Assembly (NCBI RefSeq): GCF_003704095.1
Contig: NW_020843882.1
Span: 1-64,000, forward strand
Reading direction: 5' to 3'
Length of the DNA: 64,000 nt
Origin: Pocillopora damicornis
Taxonomy: Eukaryota
Below, in pieces: positions 1 to 11,263 of this stretch (its first letter is position 1; each line of letters starts with the position of its first letter). Both the position numbers and the translations under genes were made by a program. A model generated the notes under the pieces. It was given only the letters and a program-made list of their open reading frames with translations, searched no databases and had not been told where the DNA came from.

Positions 1-60
1 CAGAATCGTGCGTTTGGCAGCCGCTGATCAGTTAATCAAGGCTTCTGTTTAACCAGCTGA

Positions 61-385
61 AACCGGAAGTTAATGATATCGATTCAGCTGTTGGTGACTG
101 TTAAGGTTCATTCCTCATGAATGTGATTCTAAAATGTAGTAGTATCAGTGGAATATTATGCGATAGACTTAAGAAGGAGGTAAGGTTTTTTTTAACAAAT
201 TTGGGTACGTGGGTACATTTAATCGGAAAGGGGCAAAGGTGTGCGCGATTGGATTTGATGTTGTTGTAAACCAACTTCCTTCGGATCTATAATTCAGCTG
301 TTGCCTTTCCATGTGGCACAGAATAGTGAACATTGCCGAAAAAAGAGGAACAGCTGGATTCTGCGGGGAAATTTAATAGGTAAGT
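61..385 (+). promoter_or_regulatory. Probable HHAT promoter and non-coding first exon
   Basis: ETS-type CCGGAAGT at ~63-70 and a strong donor AG|GTAAGT at 380, upstream of the acceptor that directly precedes ATG 1564. The TSS cannot be located from sequence. Confidence 0.4.
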
Positions 386-1563
386 ACATATCCATGAGAT
401 ACGTTTTATATCTGTTATCTAATCAGCTCTCTGTGCCTCGCGCGTGTGATTTACGTGCCAAAGAGACCTGTGAAACGTAAACTGGAGTTTCCGTTGATTG
501 TGAATGTTCAATAACAATGAAGACATTGTAGAGTTTAAATGTATTGGTAATTTCACGCGGTTTCAAAACTATCAACAATGATCACGCAAAATAAATAATT
601 CTCTTCCATTCAGATGTTTAACTGATCGAGGAGAGTGAAGCAGATCTCCGAACTTAGTGTTTCTGCATACAGTTTTTGTATCCAGCTTCTTAAGACTCAA
701 CTTTAAATTTTTCTACAGTTTAAGTGTTATGTCTGTGTCGTTGCACTGTACACATCATTGAAGTGGACTCTGTTGCTTTTACTATAGACTATTGGGTTTA
801 TTTCCTTGTGGCAAAAAGTCAATTTTTTTTTCACGTAATGAATATGTTTTGGGGATATGAATGGGTAATTTGTTCCCAAATCTACTCATAGTTTTGATAA
901 TAAGAAGGACATTGTGTTGTCCAGTTCTGCCTATAATTATACTCATGATTAACATATCAGACTTGCTTTGCCATAAGACTGAATTTGTTTTTCAAGTGAT
1001 GTTTGATATCAGCCAGCCTACTGAACCCCTTTAATTTCACTTCTAGTCTAGTTCCACTGCTAATAATATAAATGAAAAATTACAGCGTCTGAGTGGCTGA
1101 AAATTAGGACATTTTCATGTAACATGAATGCAAAATTGTAACAAAGTTGTGCAAATTGCTGATGGTGTGCACCTTGTCAAAATTTTGTCTGTCATGACTT
1201 ACTGTCACAGTGATGCTTTTTTCATGTAAATTATCAACAAGTAACAACATGATCTTTCTTGCAATTTGGTGTAAATGAGCATTTTTCAAATACAATAAAT
1301 AATTGCACTTGCCCTTGTGGCTCATGCAATTTTGTGGTCTTTGAAAAATTTACTTTTACTTCTTAACACCAATACATATTTATACATATTCATTTTTTGG
1401 TGCTGGATAATAATCAAACTACATTATTGCATTTTAAATTTTGTAGAATATCTTTTTTTTTCATGATTATCTTCATTTTTTATTTAAGTTATGTTTCTGA
1501 ACAAATCCTACTCTCACTTAATATATTACTCCCAACACATTTTTACTATTTTTTTCATGGTAG

Positions 1564-4500
1564 ATGTCCACCTCTGACATGGAAAATGTGGATGAAAACA
1601 AGAGTAGTGATCATCAGAACAGAAAACATGGCCCTCTACCTTGGGCTGAGATTTCAGTTTATTGGGTTGTGTGGATTTCTTTGTTATCATGTGCCATGTA
1701 CAGCATTTACAAAGCTTCTGAAGGTGACCAAAGCATAGCTTAAAATAGTTCTGTTGCTAAGAAGTACATTTGTTCAGAGATGGACATGACATTTGTTTCA
1801 TGACATTTCTGTAATTTAGGAAACCAAACAACTCAGGCATTCATTGCTGTAGAAAATACCCAGCATGACCCTTAAGTAATTTTAGAGGGAAGAATTATTT
1901 GAAACCATTATTACTTAAAGGCATTTGATGAAATAAAAATACAATTTCTCTGGAATTATGTGTACTTCATTTGGCCTTTTTGGTCGATATACTTGATGCA
2001 TTAATTTACATCTTGACCAATAATTGACCAATATGCTGACTTGTAGTCAGCCAATATGTGGCCAGTAGTAGACCAATGGTCCGCTGATATTTGACCAACA
2101 TTAGTAGACATCTCAACTGAGACATCAAGGGACTTGAGTATCAGTTGAGCATCTGTCAGCCACTGGCCAACTGACTGTGGGCCTGAGCTACTAATGAGAA
2201 GTCTTCTTTTTATGATAAAAGTTTTAAATTTTTCCTATATATTTTTTTTTATCTCAGTCATGTTTGAAAGAAAGAGAATTAAAGCTTCTAGACAACCTTT
2301 AACTAGTTTTGATGATTTCATGTGTTGAAATCCAAACTGAAGGAGCCAATGGTGTTCTTTCTCAAGCAAGACATCAATTTTTTTTTTGAAATAACTATCT
2401 TACGATTCAATGGCTCTGAGAAATCATAAACTCCATAAACTCTTGAGTGGCAATTAAAAAGATGTTACACTCTCAAATCTTTACAGACTATAAAGATGAG
2501 ATTTATGCAGATGACCTACAGGAGGGATGGAAATTTATTGGAAGAAAAAAGGTTAGACATCCCAGTTATTAATACTTGGCCTGATTATCAACCACTGGCA
2601 CAGTCCATCATGGGAATGAGTCATCAGTGACAAAAAACTAAAAACCGCATGAACTTCTTTTCCCAGTGTTAATCAGACAATATTTATTTTTGTCACTGAT
2701 TATTTCTGATGTGCATACTACAGACCAGGCTGAGAAATTGAGCCTTCTCCCCGTTTAGTTCTTCTTACACTGTCCATATGTCATCTAGAAAACACGTAGG
2801 TTGTTGTAGTGATGTAACACCAAATTCTCTTAACAAATTTACAAGAAAATGTGTAGCAGCTGGGAGGGAGAATTAGAAATTAGATTTTGGGAGTTAAAGG
2901 ACTGATAAGTTTTGTATCTTTTCTGTCTGTGCTCCTTCCATTTGTTTAGGGAATGTTGTATGATCTGCTAATTTTTTTGCTTTTTTGCTTTATTGTTTGC
3001 AGGATGTGACTGATTTTGAGTGGGAATTTTGGATAAGTGCAATAAAATCCTTGATGCCTGCCATGTTGGTTCACATGCTTGGAGGACTCTTTTTCTCAAG
3101 ATTTATTCCACAGGTGAAATATGAAAGAGCTCTTTTTTTTTCTTGAATCTACTCAATCTCATGGAAATGAAATTTAATTTTTACCCAGTCTAGTAGCAAT
3201 TTCCCAGATGAACAAGCCACATCATGGAATTTCAGTAGTTTTTGTAACTTTACCTTCAGTATAAGGGAAACCTTAAAGATCAGTGTAATATCAGAAAAAT
3301 TAAACAAAAGGGAATGAGATGGCCAAGAATTGACAAGATAAGCACAGATGTGTTAATCATGAACTTTAAAAGAAAATTTGCTTAATTTTTCAAGATGCAT
3401 AAACAATGTTGAGCCTCTTGGAACAAGTTGACAGAGAACACCCAGTTCATAACCTTTTATTTTCTATTATTTATTAAATTAGAGGTGAGCAGTATTTGCT
3501 AATCATTTCTGAACAAACCAATCAGAGCATGCAAAAAGCACTATTTACCTGTGTGGTGTATGCTCATTAACAACTACTCATTGAAGGGGAGGTGGCTCGT
3601 GGTGGATATTAGGGACCTTTAGCACTCAGAACAGCAATGCCAAGAGAGATGTCAATTAAAAAATGATTCATGTTTCTTGTTAGAATTTTGCAAATGGCTG
3701 GATATGTTTACTGTCTCTTATGGCATCACACCTCAACTTCTGCATAACGTATGTGAGCAGTGTTGATTATTCAAATGGAAACTTAAGAAATTTGCTGTCA
3801 TGGTTTCTGTTATCAGTCTGAGAAAACTTAAATTTTGGTTATTTCATGTTTTTGTTTTGCAGAGGACGGCTAAGAAATGTACAAAGTTTTAAAACACTTG
3901 CGCTCAACTGTTGTTATGCCCAATAGATCTCCTGTTTTGTCATGCCTGTGTTGCCATCACAGACGTGGTTTGCTTGAGGTCCCTACCTCCCCAACTGCCA
4001 CTTTCCTCTGTCACCAAAGGGAGTGTTGGAAAGGTTGTAATATATATAGGATTAACTAATGTGTCTGTCTTTATCTTTTTAGCTCAAACCACTGTATTGC
4101 CTTGCCTTTGCCTTATCATTTCTACTTTATATCACCGGCCTCAAACCAGTTTTGTTCATGGTTGGACATTGCCTGCTTGTTTATGCCTCTTGTTTCTTGT
4201 TCAAGTCAATCATTGCCATGTGGATCTGCTCTCTTGGTATTGTTCTCTCTCTACAGATACACTCAGTAAGAATGTGGCAGGTAAGAAACTTCAGATCAAT
4301 GTCAGTATCTGAGTAAATGCACACTTACCCCTCCCCTGACCCAATATTAATCCTAAAATTTTATCAGTTGACTTGGTTACTGGGTCAGGGGAGGGGTAAG
4401 TGTGCAGTTGCTCAGACACGGACATTGATCTGTAAATTCAAATGTCTGTGTTCAATTTTTGTTGTTATGTTAATTTGGGTCTTGTTGATGGTGTTGGAGC

Positions 4501-7500
4501 TGTTCAGTTTCTTTCAAACAATTTATTTTTCAAGTATAATTTTATAATGATTTAAGAGAAACAGAGCTCATGGTCTCACGGGTAATTTTAATAAGCTGAC
4601 GCGGGAAACGGAGAAATCTGACAGCAAACAAACTTGAAGTTTCTATTCTTGAGGGTGGTGTATACACATCAACAAGGTTGAAAGCGTGGGCCCTGTGTGG
4701 AGCAAGGAAAGAAAATTGTCACAAAATTTTCTTCATTTTGATTTGTAACGAGAAATTTCTTCCTTATTTTCGTTTCTCCAGATTAATCCTCTGAGTCCAA
4801 TCGGAGAGATAAAAAATTTTACATTATTTGTATGCATGATGGGAAACCTCCGCTGCATAAGCTTTGGAATGGAATATTGCTGGCGATCACATGAGATGGA
4901 AAAAGACAAACCCCTAAAGCAGTATTCGCTTATAGACCTGCTGGTCTATAACTTTTATTTGCCGTTATTTGCCAATGGTCCTGTTGTCGACTTCGATACT
5001 TTTCAGAGGACAGTAAGTGGTTTTGGTTAATTGTAATACAAGTCCTAAAGCCTTTGTTTATACATTGATTACCAGCACAACGCTCCTGCTTAATAGAATC
5101 GATTCTCTAGATTACCTCGCCAGCCTGTTGTTCCTAGAGCCCGTGCCCTTCAAAGTCTTCTCATGTTGTTTGCGCCAGTTCAGCCCGCGGGCAAAGTTGT
5201 CTTATTGGCTTCAAACTTAAACCTTGGTATGACTTGCTGAGTTATACTGTTCTACATTCTAGCATTTTCAGTTTATCCTGTAACTTAATAATGTTTTGCT
5301 CTTGAACCGCTTTTCAATCAGGTGTCTTTAAACCAAACCACTTGTAGCAATGCTGTGGTTTTCTATATATAGCTGCAAGTACTTCTGTATGGCATCTTTA
5401 TACAGTTTATTTACATTTTTATGTTTCTCATACATGCATTCTCGTATTCCGTAGTTTTATCAACCGTACAGGCCGTTTACTAGAGAAGAGGTAAAATCCC
5501 TTCTATGGGGAACAGCACGCACCCTATTCTGGTACTTTTTCCTAGAGTGCTATTTACACTTTATCTACTCGACGGCCTTTACTCAAGACCCTCGCTTATT
5601 TAGTGCCTTGGACAATTGGGCCCTGTGTGGGATCATGTACTCTCAGCTACACATCTTTCTTGTTAAGTACAAGGTGTTCTACCGCTGTACAACCTTACTG
5701 GCGGAGGTCGATAGAATCGAAGTTCCTTTACTTCCCAGATGTGTCACGACACTGTACCTCTTTACTGACATGTGGAAGTAAGTAGCTTTGTGTCCTTTTG
5801 CCACTTCGCTCTCACGACTGGGAAATTGAATACTTTTGAGTGTGAAAGCTTCACAGAACAGCAGGCATGAGAACGACAGAAAGGGGAGAGGCGCGTCACA
5901 CGCGTGACACGATAGGAAGCACGCTACACGATTGTGTACAGCACGTATAAAGCGCGCTCTTGGTGGAGATTATCAAAGGAGATTATCAAAGAAGATTAAC
6001 ACTTTTCCAGAATCGAATACCATGGCGAATGTAACACGCATTTAGAACAGTGCGCAGAAATTGCGAATTAAGTCGAGGAAGCAGATTGTTTTCCTGCTCA
6101 ACTTTCCGTAAATTTATTAATGACACCATCATTCTTACACTGTGATTTTTCATGGTTTCTTTATCGGCTTCAAATTTTCAGATTTAATAATCAGTTACAA
6201 ACTTTTTCGCTCATCCTTCACCTGGAGGCAACGGTTTGGGTTGTCGGTGAGAAACTGAAAGTAGCTCTTGAATAAAGAGAAGAGATTAAAATTTTACCAA
6301 TCCAGCGTTCCAATCGGTAAATCTTGGAGCTATGCAGAAACAAACCATGAGAACAGACCCAAAATTTCCCCATCCTTTGACTTTACTACTACTGATAGGG
6401 GAATCGTCTAAATCTCGTAGAAACAAACCATCTCTCAAGAGTATTCTATAATTACAATGTAATGGTTTCAGAATGTCTTCCGTTTTGTTCAACTTCACAG
6501 ATACTTCGACAGGGGTCTTAATTTCTGGATGAAAAGGTCAGTAATTTTCTACTGAACGTCCATATTCAAGTACTGATAATCAAGCTGCACTATTAAGTGT
6601 CAGAGCAGATGAAGGAAGGAAAGCAGAATGGCCGAGTGGTTAGGGCGCCGGGCTTGTAATCTGGTGGTTAGGTTCCAGGTTCATGCCCTCCACCCCGTCA
6701 CTCACTGGATTGTTCTCAGTTGCCCCGTGCTCGACGCTTTGGCTGCGCTTTGGGGTTTACAAACACGGTGTTCATCTACGTCACTAATTTGTTTGTATTG
6801 ACCGAAAAGCTCCATTGGGGGAGCGGTCAGTGAATGTTATTATTATTATTATTATTATGTTAAAAATCTGACATACGATAAGGTTGTTGTCGTGGGTTTG
6901 AAGGACCTTCATTAGCTAGCTTTCTTTGTCATTCTCAACTTAAGCTTCGTCGCTGATGAATAAAGCGAGCGCGGTTGTCAATGAAAGATTGTCAAAATAG
7001 ATGCTGCTTTCACTGTACATCGTGTGTATTGATAGGCATTCTATGGTTTGTTGCAGATATATTTACATACCTCTGGGAGGGTCCCGCACAGGTGTTTTTC
7101 GTCAAATTGTAGCTTCGTTTTCCGCTTTTGCCTTTATATGGCTGTGGCATGGCGCGCATGCGCACACGGTATGGTGGTTCATCCCTAATTGGATTGGAGT
7201 TGTGGTAGAATCTATGGCAGGCATTGTGTTAAAGCTTCCTTCTGTCAGACGATGGGAGGTAGGTATATTTGCGTTCGAATGAAATCTCAATTAAATTGAT
7301 TACTTCAAGCTTCTTTTGAAAACGGTCCAATTCCGCTTAGAAGAGGGTCTCAATTGGGCGATGGCTTTTACGGCTAATGGTCAATATCTTTCTGTTGTGG
7401 TCACGAGAAATTTTTTTAAGGTTAACTTTTGACCGTTATGACTAACGGTTAAAATGTGTGAATTTTTTACGCCTAACGTCTAAATGTTATGGCCGCTTAT

Positions 7501-8345
7501 CAGTTGAGACCCTTTTGGAGACCCATTAGTACTCAGTTACAGAGCTGCTCCTGTTCACTGGATGGTACCGTAGCCTGAAGTGCCAGTAAGGGCTTGTCAT
7601 AATGCAACGTAATAAAAACGCTGTATGTCTGCTCCAGCATCAGTAAAATTAATTTCATGGATAGTCTTTACTTGCTATCTTCAGACGCGATTCTCTATCG
7701 GTTATCATACTCAATGGCCTTCATCGCGGCTGTTATAACACATTCCATGCTTTTAGTTCCAGCCGTTTGGTTTCTTTCCTTTTCAGGACAAGCTTTCTCC
7801 AGCAGCATCCCGCCGAATTCGCGCCATGTTTGGTGTTGTGACTGTGTCCTGCTTGATTCTAAGTAACCTAGTGTTTTTGAGTGGATCCGAACCCATTTGG
7901 TTTTACATCAAGAGAATGTTATATTTCGGTATGTTCGAAAAAAAAACATAGTAAACTTCTCTTTAATGTTATAATTATTGCCTAATTTGCTGTTTAAATC
8001 TAGTATCTTAAGCTAAATTTTCCGAGATAATCATGGTTTTTGGTCCGTGACGTAAAGAATTAGGAAAAAGTTTCGTTGCCGTTCGCGTTCTTAAGGATTC
8101 GAAACATTTGGTTTTTGTTGTGCTGCGTAAGACGACAAAATTTGCTAAGGGGACAGGGGATAGGGCAAGCAATGTGGTCCTTGTATGGTACTTTGATAAC
8201 TCAAAACTCTCGTGTTATTTCATGTAGCCTAATTGTAATTTCTTTTTCTTTAGGTTGGCCCTCGTCAACTCTTCTGATACTTTTTACCATGTACCTCGTT
8301 GTACAAACAAATATGGAACTCAACCGACACATATCCAAGTGGTGA
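1564..8345 (+). CDS. HHAT: Hedgehog acyltransferase (MBOAT family), 10 coding exons, ~519 aa
   Basis: Exons 1564-1723, 2487-2551, 3003-3113, 4083-4280, 4782-5012, 5455-5777, 6501-6536, 7057-7258, 7787-7928, 8254-8345. All introns are GT-AG and phases are consistent (1560 nt). The translation has HHAT/GUP1-type motifs DVTDFEWEFW, YNFYLPLFANGP, FTDMWKYFDRGLN, YIYIPLGGS, and the catalytic His in WLWHG. Confidence 0.93.
3610..3985. mobile_element. MITE with TAGGGACC(T) terminal inverted repeats, in an HHAT intron
   Basis: Begins tagggacctttagca and ends tgcttgaggtcccta (imperfect reverse complement). No coding capacity. Confidence 0.65.
4292..4432. mobile_element. Palindromic ~140-bp MITE (hairpin)
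   Basis: Arms cagatcaatgtcagtatctgag...cacacttacccctcccctgaccca and tgggtcaggggaggggtaagtgtg...ctcagacacggacattgatctg are near-perfect reverse complements over ~50 nt. Confidence 0.8.
6622..6858 (+). mobile_element. tRNA-derived SINE
   Basis: A-box-like TGGCCGAGTGG, degenerate B-box (GGTTCATGCCC), unrelated body and (TTA)n tail. Confidence 0.7.
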
Positions 8346-8379
8346 TGGAACTAATTTTGAATGAAACTTATGGTTATCG

Positions 8380-8630
8380 GGGAAAGGTGTTTTTCGTCTT
8401 GTCACGAGCGTGAGACAAAGAAAAAATCTGAGTCCCCATGAGGAATCGAACCTCAGACCTTCGAATTCCGCACTGCGATGCTCTACCACTGAGTCACAGA
8501 GACTCTGCGGTGAGCGAGGTCTATTATGAAGTTCGTATGACACGCGTCCTGCATATTGCTAGGATCAGCATGTGTCGATAACATCATGTTTGTAAATAGA
8601 TTAAGAGAGATGGTAAGTTTTTAGCTCGGC
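8380..8630 (-). repeat. Interspersed repeat with internal tRNA-like segment in the HHAT 3' UTR
   Basis: Minus strand reads ...ctcagtggtagagcatcgcagtgcggaattcgaaggtctgaggttcgattcctcatggggactc (A and B boxes). A degraded second copy is at ~19880-19960. Confidence 0.65.
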
Positions 8631-9594
8631 AAAAAGAAACAGAGAAGTTATTATGGTTATTAATGATTCAAAAACATAGTATGATTTGTTATGATAAATT
8701 GATGACAGAAAATATAACTTCTCGTATGTTATTGTTTCATGCTTAGAAACAGTGACATTAGCATTTTGGAAAATTTATTCTGGAAAACCTATGAAATAGG
8801 AATGAATAAAGTACTGTATACTACGTGATTATTTTTTTTTTTAGCGAAGCAAAAGCAAACCTCTGCCCATTCCCCGCAAGGTTTAGAAGTGTTACACTCG
8901 TTTTGGTGAAGCACAGTTCTCAATATTTTGCGAGAGGACCTTAAGTTCATTATATTAATTTCTAACGCTTGTTCACGGTTTGTTTAAGAGGAAAGTGATT
9001 TAATTGGTTATGGATTAAGTCCATTTTTTCACGTAGCGTCGTTTCGATGGCCCACTTCGTTGGTTGTCTTCTGGTTAGTTTTCATACAATCGTCTCTATC
9101 AGTTCTCGCTATTATTCGGTAAAGCAGTTGTCTGATTATAAAACTTTGATTCCTGATGCTTAAAGCAAAGCGGCTGTTTGACACACTTGAGCCAAAGACC
9201 TTAATTGGACAGCGAGCTAGGCAAAAAAAAAATAATCATTTTACTCAGTAATTACAGGTGACAAAATTTCGAACTCCACGATGGACTTTCCGTGTGATAG
9301 TGAATTGATCAGGCTGGTGAGTGTTTTTCTTGTTATGAAATTCATCCAGCCTGTTAAACATGGCCCTAACATCGTATTTCCCGTTATATAGTTTTCATTA
9401 TCGTCCTTTGTTGGTGTTACCTGGGGGTGAAATTAATTCAAAACTTAGGCGAATAATTAAGACGTTTGTTACCCTGTTGTAAGGACAAAAGATTTGCCAA
9501 AATTGAGCTTCGCTGGCTTGTAATCAGAGAATTCAATCCGTCGTTTCGTGGAAATTAACAGACACTTTCCTTCGCAATTAACCACCCTTTGGTA

Positions 9595-10977
9595 ATGTTC
9601 GTGGTGCTTGTGAGTGTTGTCACAATTATGTCCGCTACAAGAGTAACTTTTAGTGCGAAAAGTCTCCAGTTAAAGAATCATTCTCTGGGCGAAGTCCAAG
9701 GATGTTACATTCACAATCACACCTTGAGCGTTTGCTTCCAAATTCGCAAAGGATTTATGAAATTACTGAAGATGAATGGCGATGAAATTCTACATTACAG
9801 GCAACTCACTCCTAAAATGATTCTTTACCAAGTCTTGGATCAAGCATTTGTTTGGTAAGCAAAATCAGTAAATTACTAATTTATGCGTGCACGGTATTAG
9901 TCGCAACCGAAAAAATCAAAGGCCTAAGCTATCAGAGCGACTGAAATCCTCGTAATCATGACTGCAGACAAAATCTTTAACAAATTTTACCTAAGCAATA
10001 GTGAAAATAAGGCAACGATAATTACAACGAGAACTGCTTTCATATTCATTTTTTTGTCCGCAGTTCACGTATACGATTTTCATCTATTTACAGTCAGGAT
10101 AATTATTCCCTAAAAATTTATTATTCAGGTTTATTTTATTGAGGGGTAAGGCATAGTTTGCTGACGAAGTGCTGTCTCTTTGCGTATTTTCGGCGAAAAA
10201 GTTAAAAAACAAATTGCAGGATATAAGTGATAATGATAATAAAAAAAATGACAATAACAATAATATTAACAATAATATTTAGAGCCGCACACTAATCGTG
10301 CATAGCCGTAGGGACGAGCACAGGCTTACTCAGAGAGCCGGTGATGTCGTGAGTTCTTAAAATTGTTCACTGTGATAGCCTATTCGATCTAAGTTGCTTA
10401 TTGTTGTTCACATGTTTCCACAAGGTATGACTCTTCCATGACTCACGTCCCCAATAAAGTTCGTAGAACTCCAGAGGCCTTAGCAGCCTTGTTCAGAAAG
10501 AAGAGAACACCTAAGCTCCAAACCGTACAGAACCTCTATCGAGAGGCCATGTGCGAGCTTCACAATGTCCCGGAAGTCCAGCTACTGGAAAGACTTTCAG
10601 CAGCCCTAGCGGATACTTCTACACAGTTGGAAACAATGCAGCCATTTCATGCGCTTTGCCTGAATGTTCTTAAAGCATCGGACACAGAAATTCAACCAGA
10701 GTTCAAGGCTGCGCATGACTTGAACTTAGATACTACTGGAAAGCGTAGCTGTCTGCGCCCGACGGAAAATAACTGCCGAGGAATGTGTGGCAAAGGATGT
10801 TCGTGTTGGAGTTGGGTCTGCGGCGATTGCTGCAGCCATGAGGGTTGTTACGAGCATGATCTCTGTTGTAAGGAAAACCCAACAAGTCCACACTGCCTTT
10901 TCCCGTATTTGTACGGTTTTACATGCTCCAGATTTGGAGGTTATAGGGATTGTTTGAATTGGAGATGGTGGGGATAA
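9595..10977 (+). CDS. Secreted prepro-protein with C-terminal 14-Cys peptide, paralog 1 (~270 aa)
   Basis: Exons 9595-9854 and 10425-10977 (phase-2 GT-AG intron). Hydrophobic N-terminus, GCYxHNxTLxVCF motif, helical pro-region, KR site, then a 76-aa 14-Cys domain. Clearly paralogous to the next two genes. Confidence 0.85.
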
Positions 10978-11263
10978 CGTGGATCGAGAAGTGGNNNNNN
11001 NNNNNNNNNNNNNNNNNNNNNNNNNNNNNNNNNNNNNNNNNNNNNNNNNNNNNNNNNNNNNNNNNNNNNNNNNNNNNNNNNNNNNNNNNNNNNNACATAC
11101 TAACCTAATATGAGCAGTATCCCAGCAACCATACAGGAAGTCTTAACAACGATTCAGAGCTAATCGATCCAATAAAACCTGATTACTTGTCCCCTCGCAT
11201 TCATTTCTCTAAAAACGTTCACGCGCCAAGGATAACGAATGGTGGTAAATTGAGCTCGACACA

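Noticed and set aside
6622-6700. tRNA gene (also ~8430-8500, ~32880-32950, ~39295-39355, ~61995-62070)
   Set aside because: A/B-box-like motifs are present, but the stems look degenerate and each is embedded in a longer repeat body. These are SINE-like repeats, not functional tRNAs (tRNAscan-SE not run).
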